A stretch of 63,979 bases of DNA, counting the filler, from Diploschistes diacapsis (taxonomy: Eukaryota), in the NCBI GenBank assembly GCA_023645945.1. It is 16 parts of 16 records of this genome, joined end to end, with 100 filler letters (N's around TTAATTAATTAA, not from the genome) between each part and the next. Parts side by side here need not be neighbours in the genome. Positions count along the whole stretch, not along the records: positions 36,377 to 40,298 come from JALAIB010001819.1; positions 40,399 to 44,316 come from JALAIB010001820.1; positions 44,417 to 48,334 come from JALAIB010001821.1; positions 48,435 to 52,350 come from JALAIB010001822.1; 12 more parts are not named here. One strand, written 5' to 3'. Under the pieces are notes generated by a model, which saw only the letters and a program-made list of their open reading frames with translations, was not told the origin of the DNA and searched no databases. Numbering within the stretch: the stretch's first letter is position 1; each line of letters starts with the position of its first letter. Below, in pieces: positions 37,261 to 50,165 of this stretch. The position numbers were made by a program, and so were the translations under genes.

Positions 37261-38342
37261 ATGGATTGGCCGGGGTGGGATGAACCAGTACCGGTTGTGA
37301 TCAATGGAAGACCAAGCCGTAACCGTCGTCGACTATATACCGACCATGCCATGCCACGACAGCAGCTTTATCAAAGCCTCGGTGGACAGCTCCTTATGCC
37401 AGTTGGCGGTGGTCATCATCGCGCTTCTTCGATGTCAGGACCCAGGCCTGCTCAGGTGATCATCAATAATGACAACGGAGTCCAGTTGGAGGATTCACGC
37501 AGCGATGGTCGTCGGCCTAGTAGCTCTCATGGTGGGAGATACTGCTACGAGGACCGATACTATGATGATAGGGAGCGGCCGCGTATCAGAGCGAGGACTC
37601 CCTCGCCTTTCCTTGATTTCGAGACGCAGCAGAAATTGAAAGAGTTTGAGGACATGAAGAGAAGGGAGGAAGACGAGAAGCGCACGAAAGAGCTCGAGGA
37701 GAAAATCATTTTCCAGCAAACAATGGAAGAAGCCGAGCGCGCCGAAAGACTCAAAGAAGAACGGGAGCTGAAAAGGAAAGCAATCGAAGAGTACAAGGTC
37801 CAAGAAGCGGAAGACAAAATCAAGAAACAGAAAGAGCAAGAGAAGGAAGATAAGGAATTTAAGGACCGCATGCGCAAGACCCTCTGGGCCAATGGGTATT
37901 CGGATGAACAGATTGAACGCATGATTATGAAGGCAGAGAAGAATGAACCCGGACATGGGAGTAGCCGCAAGAGCCGTAACGAGATCGCAATGCCAAGGCC
38001 GACGTATGTCAAGGTTCACCGTAGACATATTGATCCCGAAACCCTAGATCTTTATGAGCTTCCTTGGGAATGGAATGATGTAAGGTTCCCTATATTGCAT
38101 TACACGGCCTAAGTTATGCTAACTCCGCACAGGCGGATATGAATTATATCATAATCAAGAAATGGATCCCCGAACATGATCAGGATATTTTATTCGAGCA
38201 TACCCGCAGTCTTCGGGAGAAGAAGCAAATAACGCACACCACTACCGAGCTCAGGAAGGAACACGACCAAAAGTTGTTAGTGAGGAAACGAGAGCCCTCA
38301 CATAAAAAGTCACCAGTCAAGACATCATGGTATCTTAAGTGA
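37261..38342 (+). CDS. Conserved fungal hypothetical protein with E/K-rich coiled coil, 2 exons
   Basis: Long ORF; RPTYVKVHRRHIDPETLDLYELPWEW, then an intron near 38080-38131, then YIIIKKWIPEHDQDILFEHTR. Confidence 0.8.
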
Positions 38343-38675
38343 TGGTTTTCATGTTCATCAATTCATCAACTCAAGCATACCGTGGGTAAAGGCGATAACT
38401 CTGCTAACAAGCGACAACCTAGCGCGTTGGTTAAATCTGTCATCTCCTTCTCTGGACATGATCGGAAAGAGTGCGCCGCCTACCAAGGAAGCAGACACTA
38501 GCATGAATTTACAAAGCATCAACCACTCAACCAGCTTGAGAGGCCCGGTTGGTATGTGGTTAGGCGCACCGACGTCGACCAGGCAAGTCGGATTCATCTC
38601 ACAGGGGTTTCCTTTTCGTGACACCGCGCTCTTCATTGGGACACACTCTTCCCGACCCTTACAATTACCCATCGC

Positions 38676-39575
38676 TTAGCTTTCCTTTTGTGCCTTTAGT
38701 TCTCGATCTCTTTTGGCGTATATTTCTGCGGTGAATGGACTGGACGACTTAGCCCTGTTCACTAATCTCCTACATAAGGCCCGTTAAGGCACAATGGGTT
38801 TTACTTACTCTTCAAACTTGAGTGCTATGAGATAAACGGCAAGGACTTCTACCGTTAGAAGAATGCCTGCTGGCTTCCCCAATAGTATGGCTGTCCCAAG
38901 AAAACTCATGGTTGAACCGTAATACATGGGGGCATTAGTAATGTTGAAAGGGAATGAAGTGACAATATGATCCATGAGGATACCAAAATAATCGCCTAGG
39001 TAGGTTCCAGTAATTCCCAAAGCCCAAATGCTAGAAAGCACAAGTACGTTCCCTGAGGCAATCAAGCCGTACGCAAACATTGTAGCGACGGGCGACAGTA
39101 ACGCCGGCATGGTGGGCTGCTGGCGAAGCGCTCGTTCGTACCTTGGTTGAAACATTGGCCAGAAGGATAAGGCAATTGAAGTAGCAATACTTACAGCATA
39201 TCCCTAAAGATGCCAAGGGAAAAGATAGTAGCTGCAAGAGTGTAACAAGCTTGCTTCGAGTTTCCACTGAAAATTCTGGTGAGCAATTTGTTATGATATT
39301 CTATATTCCTCTAATATTAGCAAGCAGAAGACTGCTCGAAATGAGAATAACGACCTTGTCGTGCCATAGTACTAATATTGTAAGTGACGTGACTGTTGAG
39401 TTTTAGAACCCACCCACTTCCAGAAAATTGGATTGAATGCAATAGATAGAGCAGCAACTAAGGTATGCAATTAGGCGCATAGTCCTGACATAGCGACACA
39501 GAATGCCTGCTTACTGAAAAAAGACATCTGATCCAAACGTATAAGGCTTTCACCTTGCAATAAGAGAGAGGGCAT
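38676..39575 (-). CDS. OPI3: Phospholipid N-methyltransferase Opi3 (PEMT), multi-exon
   Basis: SIAFNPIFW, LGITGTYLGDYFGILMD, FPFNITNAPMYYGSTMSFLG, final exon PFTAEIYAKR. Confidence 0.92.
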
Positions 39576-40132
39576 GGCGATGGTCGTGTAGGTAGATATG
39601 AAGTAGAAAGGTGTATCGGGAAGTGTCATAGAATACAGAAACCTGACGTATTAAGGGGCTGCAGCAGGTCGACGTTTGATTGTTGATGACTTGTGGGACT
39701 ATGCGCCTATATGGACTATATGGCTATGCTAGTGGGGCTTATTAGTATCTAATTTTTTTAATTTTATATTACGGTTTCTAAATTTACTTGATACATTCCC
39801 TTAACATTCTTTTTATTTTGTGATCTCCACGTTTATACCTCGTTATCATGGTTTAATACACCTTTTATTCCCACCTGTAACAGTGGGGCAATAGCACCTA
39901 ATTCCTAAGCGAAGCGCAGGACTGTGTTTATATAAGGACCAATATTATAATATGATATTAAGGCAAATTGTACAGATGCCTGTGACAGTCCGCTGGAAGC
40001 GGAGGATCTCAGCCCTAGTGCCGCGCCAAGGCCGCGGCCCACATAAGAAGAGTTTTTAAAAGAAATCTCCTAGTTTCTTTTCTAAAGATTAGTTCATAAA
40101 TACAATCATTATAATTATTATATTATTATATC

Positions 40133-40298
40133 ACGTGTTTGACGGGGATTCCGGCCACCCCCAGATTCTGGCCACTTTTGCCAAGAAATAGTTTAAATCT
40201 TCAATAATTCTTCGAAATTAATCGTTATTATTATTTTTTTTCCAGAATATTACTTCTTAATCAATTATCTATCATATATGAAAAGTGCACATTGATTA
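40133..40298. mobile_element. DNA transposon end shared with 7777-8012
   Basis: ACGTGTTTGACGGGGATTCCGGCCA...GCCAAGAAATAGTTTAAATCTTCAATAATTC identical in both. Confidence 0.7.
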
Positions 40299-40803
40299 NN
40301 NNNNNNNNNNNNNNNNNNNNNNNNNNNNNNNNNNNNNNNNNNTTAATTAATTAANNNNNNNNNNNNNNNNNNNNNNNNNNNNNNNNNNNNNNNNNNNNTT
40401 CATATATTTATTAATCAAATAAAGTTATAAATAATTTTATTTTTTAAATAATTAAAATTATATAATAAAAAAATTAAAAATATTTATAATTTTATATAAT
40501 TTATATATATTTTAAAGTACCGCGGGTACGCGGGAACTACCTACCCTATTAAGCTTAAAAGAATAAAAAAAATTAATTTCCGTTAAAATAACTACGCCCG
40601 TTAACGCTCGGATTCAAATGCCGGTAGTAACTCTGAGCTCTTCCAGATTTATAAAAAACAGACCAACTATAGCAGTACTGAAGTACTGCTCTCCAAGCGC
40701 ATTTAAATATGCTCAAAGTATGAAATTTCTCTCGACTATGTGATGGTCTATAACTCATGTCTCTCGTGCTGGTGACCCAGCCCCTCTTGCTCGCTATTCC
40801 ACC

Positions 40804-43104
40804 ATGAGCTATAGTTACGTATACAAGAGCAAGAATGAGCAATGGCGACATCACCGCAACGCTTCAAAGTCATTCGATGCGACGGTCATTGCGAGTACCA
40901 GCACCGCTCTAGTATATCTCATTTTGTTAGCTGGAGGCGCATACTATTTACTTCGTCGTTCAAACGTTCTACCTCCGAACGCGCTTCAACGGTTCCTCTG
41001 GCGCTGCTTCGTCTATTCGGTACCTCCATCGCTAGTTCTTGCCTTGGAAAGGAGGGCACTGACTAGGATGGAAGGGGCAGACAATCAGGAAAACTATGCA
41101 AATTCGCGGACTTTTGGAGCCAAGAGTGAGGCTGTTAGAAAGATTCTAGGATTTGAATCAAGTGTTTACTTGGACGGCTTCCGATCTCCCGGTTCGTTTA
41201 TGAGGATGAATGGGGGAAATTTTGGCGCGGAGAACGCAGCGTTACCTGGTCTATTCAATCGAGATAACGAGTGCTATCAGAACAGTGTCATTCAAGGCTT
41301 GGCTGCCCTGCCCTCATTTTCCGACTTCGTGAACGGATTGCCCTCTTCTCACACAGAAGGAGAGCATACTGCGCTAAGGGAAGTTCTTCAAAACGTTCTT
41401 GGCCAGCTAAATGACCCTGATCACTACGGTAAAGCGTTCTGGACACCATACGCTTTGAAGAGCATGAGCAGTTGGCAGCAGCAGGATGCTCAGGAGTACT
41501 ACTCGAAAGTAATCGACGAGCTGGAGAAAGACGCTGCAAAGTCGTTGCAGAAGGGGTTTGAAGACAATGATTCGCTAGGATTAGGCTCATTAAGGTCGGT
41601 GGTGAAGCGAAAAGAAGCAATTGGTGGAGCAAACACTCCCTATGGGCGAGATGCACCAAGCGATTCGAGTAAAACCATCAGTGAAGGCAAATTTCACGTT
41701 CCTATAGGCCTTTTGTCAAGCGTGCAGAATCCGCTAGAGGGCTTGCTAGCTCAACGTGTCGGATGCTTACGATGTGGCTTTGTCGAGGGGCTGTCTCTTA
41801 TCCCGTTCAACTGCCTCACAGTCTCGCTAGGCAGGGTTCGCTATACTGACATCAAGACTTGTCTTGACACCTACACCGATCTTGAGACTATCTCGGGCGT
41901 CGAGTGCGCTCGTTGCACTCTTCAACGGCAAGAGAAGATGTTCGTAAGGATGTTGGAAGCTTCGTCCGGGAGGGAAGAGGATCCGACCAGAAAAGCCTAC
42001 TACGAGCTTGCTGAGACTCGCCTGCAAGCCGTGAAAGCTGCACTTGAAAATCACGACTTTTCGGAGTCGACTCTGGCAAAGAAATGCAAGATACCGTCGA
42101 AATCTCGCGTCTCCACTAACAAGACCCGGCAGGCGGTGATCGCACGGGCGCCCAAAGCTCTGGCTATACACGTCAACCGCAGCGTCTTCGACGAGACCAC
42201 AGGCGCGCAATTCAAGAACTTTGCCGGCGTTCAGTTTCCTAAGCACCTAAATCTTGATCCATGGTGTCTTGGTGGTACCGGGGCCGCCGGCACTGGTACG
42301 GAAGAGGCAGAAGAATGGGAACTCGATCCATCCAAGTCCATGCTCGCCCGTGCTGAAACCGATGACACTAGCAACGACGTCTCGCAGTTCTCGGGTCCGG
42401 GCTCATCAGCACAGGGCCCGAGCAGCATCTACACCCTCCGCGCCGTCATCACACACTACGGCACCCACGGCGACGGCCACTACATCGCCTACCGACAAAG
42501 CTTGCAGTCAATCGCCGAGAAGGACCCGACAACCTGGTGGCGTCTCAGCGATGAAGAAGTGGTGCAAGTAGATGAGGATACTGTTCTGAATCAGGGTGGT
42601 GTATTTATGCTCTTCTATGAACGGGTCGACGAGAATAGTGCTGCTCCCACCAACGCCGCTGAACCGAGTGCGGCTTTAGAACGCGTACCTGCCTCGCCGA
42701 CCGCATGCGAGAGCGATCAATCTCACAAGCTCGCCGTGGAAAGCGAAAACAAATCTTACGCGGAGACCGCAGAGCCCATCAGCGCATCGCCGCAACAGAG
42801 TCCGGACAAACCTAGCCAGCACCCTCCCACAGCCGTCACGAAGCAGGGATCTCACCAGGAACCCATACAACAAGACGAAGATTCCAACAAACCCCAAAAC
42901 GAACCCCAAGTCCAAGTCCCAGCCCCAGAACCCACGGACCAACCCTACAATAACATGCCACTCCTCGCCACACCCCCAGGACAGGACAACGGCAATCCCC
43001 AGCGGCTCCCTCATACACACCAAATGCGCACGGCAAGCGAAGTCAACAAGCTCGACGCCGGCGTCGACCACAGTGGGCTGAGGGGCATGGTGCCGGCTGT
43101 GTAA
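40804..43104 (+). CDS. Ubiquitin carboxyl-terminal hydrolase (USP, Ubp1-like) with N-terminal transmembrane segment
   Basis: Cys box GLFNRDNECYQNSVIQ, QQDAQE, His box AVITHYGTHGDGHYIAYR, WWRLSDE; 766-aa ORF. Confidence 0.93.
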   Translation: MSYSYVYKSKNEQWRHHRNASKSFDATVIASTSTALVYLILLAGGAYYLLRRSNVLPPNALQRFLWRCFVYSVPPSLVLALERRALTRMEGADNQENYANSRTFGAKSEAVRKILGFESSVYLDGFRSPGSFMRMNGGNFGAENAALPGLFNRDNECYQNSVIQGLAALPSFSDFVNGLPSSHTEGEHTALREVLQNVLGQLNDPDHYGKAFWTPYALKSMSSWQQQDAQEYYSKVIDELEKDAAKSLQKGFEDNDSLGLGSLRSVVKRKEAIGGANTPYGRDAPSDSSKTISEGKFHVPIGLLSSVQNPLEGLLAQRVGCLRCGFVEGLSLIPFNCLTVSLGRVRYTDIKTCLDTYTDLETISGVECARCTLQRQEKMFVRMLEASSGREEDPTRKAYYELAETRLQAVKAALENHDFSESTLAKKCKIPSKSRVSTNKTRQAVIARAPKALAIHVNRSVFDETTGAQFKNFAGVQFPKHLNLDPWCLGGTGAAGTGTEEAEEWELDPSKSMLARAETDDTSNDVSQFSGPGSSAQGPSSIYTLRAVITHYGTHGDGHYIAYRQSLQSIAEKDPTTWWRLSDEEVVQVDEDTVLNQGGVFMLFYERVDENSAAPTNAAEPSAALERVPASPTACESDQSHKLAVESENKSYAETAEPISASPQQSPDKPSQHPPTAVTKQGSHQEPIQQDEDSNKPQNEPQVQVPAPEPTDQPYNNMPLLATPPGQDNGNPQRLPHTHQMRTASEVNKLDAGVDHSGLRGMVPAV

Positions 43105-43741
43105 TCTGCGTTTCTTTCTCCTCGAGTTTGCAAGTGCGTGCTTTCCAAGCGAGAAGTGGGTGGTAACAAGTGTGTATGCATTGGAAAGGGGTGTTGGTGG
43201 CGGAATTGGCGCAGGCGTAGGCGTAGGCGCAGCGGCATATGGGTTCTTTTTCTTTTCTCCTTTTCTTTACTTTTCTCTTGGGAGCACAGAGGCAGGCAGT
43301 GATACCCCATGATAGCTTTTGGATGCATTGTAAAACTTCTGCGTGCGTTTCCGTTGTACTAGTCCATTCTGGACTAGACTACAGCGGCGAATGCGAGGGA
43401 GAGTAAAGATAGCGCAGTGAGTTCCACAGAAAATAGATTAAATTGATCATTAACTCGTAACGTGTGTCCCCGTACCGTGTGTCCCCGTACCGTGTGTCTC
43501 CGTGATAGTCGAGCCTGTGCCAGGGCAAGCAGATGGATGGTACACAGAAGGTCGTCGTGAGCTCGTAAACCGGTAATCGTAGCACTCCAAAAATGGGCGT
43601 CTTTGCTTCACCCCCATTGCAAAATCACCGACGCCAACGCTCCAGTATGCACTGTTACCAATCCCATTGACGCAACCCCCTCCCTCGCTGCTACCTCGTC
43701 GCCTTTTCGCATCAACTTCCCAACCCCGAATTTCAAAGCCC

Positions 43742-44092
43742 CTAACCATCCCTTCCATCTAAAACCCCCCCTACAACCCCTACAACCTCCTTTTCTCCCC
43801 GCCTCGTTATCCCTATTTCGTCGCTCTCGAGCGAACTCCTCTCCCCACCATCCCCCCCGCTCCTTCCTCCTTTTTCCCTCCTTCCCCTTCTCTCCTCTGC
43901 CGTTCCCTCGCTCTTTTCCCCGTCCCATCCCTTCCCCTCCTCGGTGTCTCGCCGCGCCAACCTCTCCCCCGTCTCGTGCTCCAGCTCGCGATAGCTTTTC
44001 TCGCGCCACTCCTTTTTCGCGCGCTTCTTTTCGCGCGAGGACTTGATTTTCTGGTGTGCGAGAACGAAGGTGCCCAGGAGGATGGAGGCCAT
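43742..44092 (-). CDS. Small hypothetical basic/charged protein
   Basis: ATG-initiated 116-aa ORF MASILLGTFVLAHQKIK... with purine-rich coding bias. Confidence 0.5.
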   Translation of the reverse strand: MASILLGTFVLAHQKIKSSREKKRAKKEWREKSYRELEHETGERLARRDTEEGKGWDGEKSEGTAEERRGRREKGGRSGGDGGERSSLESDEIGITRRGEKEVVGVVGGVLDGRDG

Positions 44093-44787
44093 GGGTGCGG
44101 AACTGGGATGTGCTAGATTTCGTCGGGCTGGGACGTGTTGAGATGTATTGTGGTATGCTGTGGTGGATATGTGGGCTGAGATAGTGTAGGGGAAGAAAGA
44201 AAGTGAGAAGGAGGAATAGGGGAGGTGTGCAGACGGGAGGAAGGGGAAGAGGGAAATTCGAGGGTGCGGTGGTGACTAGCTGGAGCGATGGTTTTTGATG
44301 AGGAGATGGAGAGGAGNNNNNNNNNNNNNNNNNNNNNNNNNNNNNNNNNNNNNNNNNNNNTTAATTAATTAANNNNNNNNNNNNNNNNNNNNNNNNNNNN
44401 NNNNNNNNNNNNNNNNGGGGTGTACCGTGTAGGTGGCTTGGTGGAATGGAGATGCCGGAAAAGCGGGTGTGTGTGGGTAAAAGTGAAGTTGGCGTGGGGA
44501 AGAAGAGAAAGATCTACGTCGCTATTCACCCCGGGTCCCGTGCGGATTTGGAGGCGAGGAACGTCTGGTTGCCATGGGCAGATCTTCTTTTTTGCTTCCT
44601 CGTCAAACATTCCGATTATTTTATGCCAGGCCAGGCTTCGATAGACCATGTGCACGAAGCGGCCGCTTATCGGTATGTACAAAAGGCGCGTCAAGGTCGC
44701 CGTGAGGCTCCACTCCTTTGTCTGTCCTTCCCGTTTTTACGCGCCAGGCAGAGGTTGGATTCCTCGTGACCTGCATCGCCATCCCGC

Positions 44788-46252
44788 TCACACAATGGCC
44801 GTTCCGAAATCGAAGCCCTCTCCGCCCTTCGCCACCTCCCTCTCACGTCCCTCCCTTGCCTCGTAGGTGACGGAAACCTCGTTCGTTTTCTTGATGATCC
44901 CCTTGGATGTGGTGGTGCCCACGCCGGAATACGCAGTCTTGCCTTCTCTTTCGGCAGCCCCGAGGATGCTTCTGTCGCTCTCATCATCTGCGTGGCCCAT
45001 GACGGTACGCTCGAGATCCTTCTCCTTGTCTGCCCAGTGGTTGTCGCCGCCGCCATAGATACGGCTGCGGTGGGACGTGTGCTTGGGCTTTGCGTCGAGC
45101 TGGTAGCTATTGGAGTGGTCCTTGTGGCCGGAGCTAGCGCCGCCATAGTATGCTGTCGAGCGCCAGCCACGGATGAGAGTGCGGAGGTAAGGGATAGAGA
45201 CTGCGATGATGGTGACGCCTGTCTCGGTGGCGGCCCAGATGAGGATAGAGGAGCAGTAAACTAACGCGAGATGTCAGTAGTGGTGAGGCGTAGGATGTGG
45301 GATTTGACGGTGGGCATGATGGAGGCTTACAGGTGAAGTCTTCCTGAAGGCCAATGTTTCGTAAGTAAGACGTCTTGATGATCGCTGTGACACCAGCACT
45401 ATTGTATAATCAGCGGAGGGGCTTCGGTAAATACTGCGGCTAACATACAATACACCGAGGCTCATGGCTACGCCGACGCCAACCTTCTCTCGATGCTTCA
45501 TTTGGAGCTTCCAGACAATGGTCCACGGCAGCATTGCAAGTATGAAATCCATCAGGCCGGAATAACCTGTGCCAATCAGGGGAAGTTCGTGGGGAAAGCA
45601 GGCCAGATAGAAACTTACTTCCTGCAGCAATCGTGTAGTAGGTCATGACGGCGGGATCCCAGCATTTGGCGGGTATAGAAAAATCCCATAGATGTGCTGT
45701 TGGCTGGCATTGAGCAAGGTAGAGAATAGCACACAGCCCCATGACAATGTTCATCGAGACGATGATCCACCATAGCAGCATCTTCTGCCACTTTTGTGTA
45801 ACGGTCCTGAGTAGAGTCACGGCGAAGCATGTCTTGCTTAACGAACAGCCGATGATGACCATGAATTCGCCAATGTAGACAAGCTTAAGGGCAGGCGAGA
45901 TGTTTGCAGGGTCGATGTCCACCGCATGCTTTCCCACGCCGAGCGTTACAGATACGGTGATGCATATTGTATAGACGGTCAGGAGTAACTGGGAGCTTTA
46001 TTAGAATTGCTTTCGGAAGTGCCTTCTCGTGGGAGACTACGAACCCATGAGACAATCAGGATCCAGTCGTCCCACCCGAAGGTCTTGCTCAATCTGTACT
46101 TGCAATACAGTCTCAACAGAAGAATGACAAGAGGTGTTGCGGTCATCGTCCACTGCATAACATCACTTTAGCACATTGAAGATGCCCTCGAGTAGAAGGA
46201 ACCACACCATAGCGCCCACAATGGTCGCTCCATTGTCTGATACGGATTCCAT
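44788..46252 (-). CDS. Pth11-like seven-transmembrane integral membrane protein (no CFEM domain), multi-exon
   Basis: Spliced LRLYCK...FGWDDW, GVGKH, SLSKTCFAVTLLR, QCQP..HLWD, MDFILAMLPW, EKVGVGVAMSLG. Confidence 0.88.
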
Positions 46253-48126
46253 CTCGACAAGCTGTAAGTCGGAGGCTCTACAATGAGGGACATGGAAAAT
46301 GGAAGAAGTAGGTGCTCAATCGAGTGAGACTTTGATGAGGATAAGCGGCTTATGTACATTTGAGTGAGAGGGCCTCAAAACTTTGCTCAAGATGCGTTGC
46401 CTGTTAGGTCCATTCCTTATAAGCGAGGCATTGTGACGGGAAACAAATTCTGCTAACGATCAACACTCAACCGGCTTCCACTCCCCTAGTCTGACAGCGG
46501 CCCGGTAAAGCATTAAGAAAGAGCCGAGCACTAGGAGGCCGACGGACTGTGTCAACGGCTGGCTATGGGTGTTCAGGGTACATCCAGCCAGTGAATTGGG
46601 CAGCATATCAGGAGCCACCATAGGCTGAATCAAAGTAGAAAAAAAAAACAAGAAAACCAATGAAATGCTGGCAGACAACTGGAAGAGAAGGTAAACGACA
46701 CCGGAATGAGCACTATGAAGAAACAAGTAGACTAAGAGACCCGCAGTTTCCGCATGGTTGGAGCGCAGTTGGCAGACAGCCTCCTCTCAAAACATGGTGT
46801 CGTTTGCAGAGGAAGCAAAGCTTTCTCAGAATGGGCTAGGGGGGGGAAAGGCCTTCCAAACGCATACAGTGGAGAGCGTCCCGGAAAGCCAATCTTACCG
46901 AAGGTTCTTTATCCAAGGAGGTGAGTGATAAGACTAGACGGCGAATATGGTGAGAACAGAAAATTCGGTGGAGCTCTTGTGGGGTTCAGCAGTAGAAGAG
47001 TCCTTCCTTTAGAACATAAAGCTTCTTTGTATTATGTGTCCTTAAGAGGCTACGGCCAGGCAAGACCTTGAGACTCAAAAGCTTTCCTTTTGGATAGTAG
47101 GAAGCAGCGATGAAGCAAGGCCATGATCGAGTATCCCTAACGTCAGAAGAGCTTTCTGCTAACTTACAGCGCTAACCTTTATTCTTGGGGGTCCTTCGTA
47201 GCTGATGGCCTGCAGGCGTGAAATCCGGAAACCCAAGGCCCCTAGCAACAGGCATTCTGCTGAAAACTTGCAAGCAGCTTTTTTCCTGGCTCCGAGCCGT
47301 GCTCAGTGGAGCTAAGTGGAGCGGAGGTTCAACGACGTCCCTGGTCGGCCCCACTTCCCATTGACTGGAGCAGAACCCTCAGCAACTTACTGTGGAGACT
47401 AACAGAGAGAGATGCGGACTGCTCCGTCACTGGCCTCTTCATGTCAGGTTTGTAACAAGGGCCCGGCTGGTAAATGTTGGAGGGAGAGGGTAAGATTTGG
47501 TTCAGCAGTTGTGTGTTTACTTAGGGTAAGGTTTTCATCTTGCCCGCTTGCCTATTTCATGGTGAAAAGGCTATGTCTGGTTTTCATGATCAACCCTTCC
47601 TTTTCGCTGACGACGCTGAAGAGGTCCATTCCAATGTACAGACAGGCAGAAAAACAGGAGTCCGCTTCTAAAATTCTGACGGGTCCGGCGGGGAACCGGG
47701 AAGAACTCGACCGACATTGTAAGTGCGGAAGCGCAAGTCAAAAGCCCAGCCACAAGATTTGGCCTTGCCTTCCGGGGCTGGGCACGGGGGGGCCTTTCCG
47801 TCTGTCGCGGTTGCACAGTGCTGCCGTCGCCTCTTAACTTCCATTCGATTCCGCAAAGTTGAAATGGAGACAGACAGTATTTGCCTTTCGGAGTACCAAG
47901 ACAACCAGATTGTTGCCTCTCTTCCACGACTCGTACAAAAGTTTGGAATGCTGCTGGCGGTGATGAGGCCCTCCACTCGACTATTAGTAGTGGGGACTAG
48001 ACTGGGGGCGGTAAGGAGGAGTAAGCACTAACTAATATTCAGTGCCGTTTCGTTTCTGTTCAACCGAAGAGGATTCGTCCCTGAGGGCCTGAGGGTTACG
48101 GGTTACTTCGATGATTCCGAACAATA

Positions 48127-48334
48127 ACGTGTTTCACCACTTAACGGATCACACCACAAAGCGGCTCACAATCCCTGCACCTTCGTAAAATGGATTTCTT
48201 AACATTTTCACCTTTCGTACAAATAATTTTATGTGTGGTTGTGGGGCTCAAAAGCTCGCTTAAAACTATCTAGCGCATCTACATTATAATGTAGTGAGCC
48301 GCTTTGTGGTGTGATCCGTTAAGTGGTGAAACAC
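48127..48334. mobile_element. MITE family A copy, nearly complete
   Basis: Near-perfect TIRs ACGTGTTTCACCACTTAACGGATCACACCACAAAGCGGCTCAC and complement; interior matches 1463-1672. Confidence 0.92.
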
Positions 48335-48434
48335 NNNNNNNNNNNNNNNNNNNNNNNNNNNNNNNNNNNNNNNNNNNNTTAATTAATTAANNNNNNNNNN
48401 NNNNNNNNNNNNNNNNNNNNNNNNNNNNNNNNNN

Positions 48435-49290
48435 TTAACTTTATTATTTTTAATATATTATTCTCTGTTTAAACAAGCTTAATAATAATAAAAAAAGATT
48501 TATATTTAAATATTTTTATTTAGAAGAGATTACAATTTAGTAATCAAAAATTATATTAATAAATTAAATTTAAAAAGAATTGGTTTTTAATTTAAATATT
48601 ATATGATTTATTAATTAAGGATTAATATCTTCTAAAACTTAATTATTAAAAAACTTTATAAAGATACCTTTTTTATATAATATTTAATATTTCTTTATTA
48701 AGGCTTTAAAATATTAAAATAAATATAGCGAGTTCAATTTTTATTCTTTTTTATTTTAATTAAAAAATATATTATTTATGTTTTTTTCTTTCATATTATT
48801 AACTTTTAAAATTATTAATTTAAAAAAAAATTTGTTTTTCGTCAAAATTTTGTATAAGGAAAGGATTTCTTTTTTAAATATCTCTATCATTTTTCGACTT
48901 TTTTTTTTTTTGAAAACGTGTTATTACGTATAGAGTCGTTATATAATACTAAAAAAATAATTGGCCCAATGCACACTAATCTCAAAGAATTAAAAAAACT
49001 GTAAAATTAAGGTTTTAGATATGAGGCTTGGCATTTCCCTCACCAATTTTGAATCTTATTAGGGTTACTTCATAAATCGCTTAAATCTTTAGTTATTTTA
49101 ATTATCTTGCCGTCATTTTAAAGAGAATAAATCGAAAAAAAATAATAAATTAAAAAAAATTAAAAAATCGAAAAAGTCGACCAGGATGGAGTAAAAAGTA
49201 ATTTACATCTCCATCCTGCAAGGATGTTTCGCGGATAAACCATCTCCGCTCCACCAAAGCATCTCCATCCTGCCCCAGGATGGAGCAAGT
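48435..49290. mobile_element. Extremely AT-rich degraded transposon with a GC-rich repeated terminus
   Basis: Terminus 49181-49290 has repeated/inverted CTCCATCCTG and CAGGATGGAG; abuts the truncated protease gene. Confidence 0.6.
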
Positions 49291-50165
49291 GATGATGTTA
49301 GAAGAATTGTCGACGTCCGTATAAGCTATGTTATTTTGGTAAGTAGACTCATTAAGTTCGCCGAAGTCGTAGCTTCCGGGGCCGCTCTCGAACAGATCAC
49401 TGGTAAAGATTGCGGGAAGGCCTTGCGAGACGGCGTTATCGAACCAGGTGTTTACGGAATTTGGGCGGACGGTATTGTCGCTGGAAAAAGCCAGCCCAAG
49501 AAGGTTATCGCTGCCAGCAGCGAAGAAAGCGGCGCTTGCAATCTCGGCGCGCTCGACAGCTTGTTTGTTCACGATGGCGCGGCCAACGGTCACTGTGTTA
49601 AGATAAACGTTACCGGCAGCGGTAGTACCATCCCCGTATGTGATATTCCAGGACAATCCTGGGGCGGCGGATACGGTGGGTTTATAGGGATTTGAAACAA
49701 TGGCGATGTTTGGGCCAGCGATCTATAGTTTGGTTAACTTCGTTCTTCGGACAAAGCTATGGATATAATGGTAAGGCTTACTCAGAGATCTGATGATCCG
49801 GTGTCGAAATCAAGCGTATAAACTTTGCCACCAATGGTGACAGGAGACAGGTATTCCAGTATCGCCCCGTCGATGTATGAGCCAGTGACAGTATCAGAGG
49901 TCGAGCCGTTACCAGTATTAGAGGCTGTATGGCCACCAGTAACATTCACGTTGCTACTGGAGATAATCACGTTGGTTTTCGGGATAACGTTGTACTTAGC
50001 CATAGCCTTTGCATGCTGGGCGGGGCCATTGCGACCTAAGAAATCAGCGTTAGCAACCTGGCTAATCTTGAAGCCTTGTTTGGCCGCGGATTTTCTCTTC
50101 GTGGAGTGGGCAGCAGAGTTCAGTGGAAGAGCAACAGCCAGGGCCGCAAGATCAAAGGCGCGCAT
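49291..50165 (-). pseudogene. Secreted aspartic protease (A1, penicillopepsin-like), truncated before the second catalytic Asp
   Basis: Signal/propeptide, EYLSPVTIGG, LDFDTGSSDL, WNITYGDG, LLGLAF, GSYDFG; homology stops after DVDNSS at the transposon boundary. Confidence 0.8.

Noticed and set aside
43460..43505. Three 15-bp tandem repeats (GTGTCCCCGTACCGT); also the RE-coding microsatellite at ~59506-59559
   Set aside because: Ordinary short tandem repeats with no further structure.
47412..48031. Overlapping 100-140 aa ORFs upstream of the MITE
   Set aside because: No motif or convincing gene structure.
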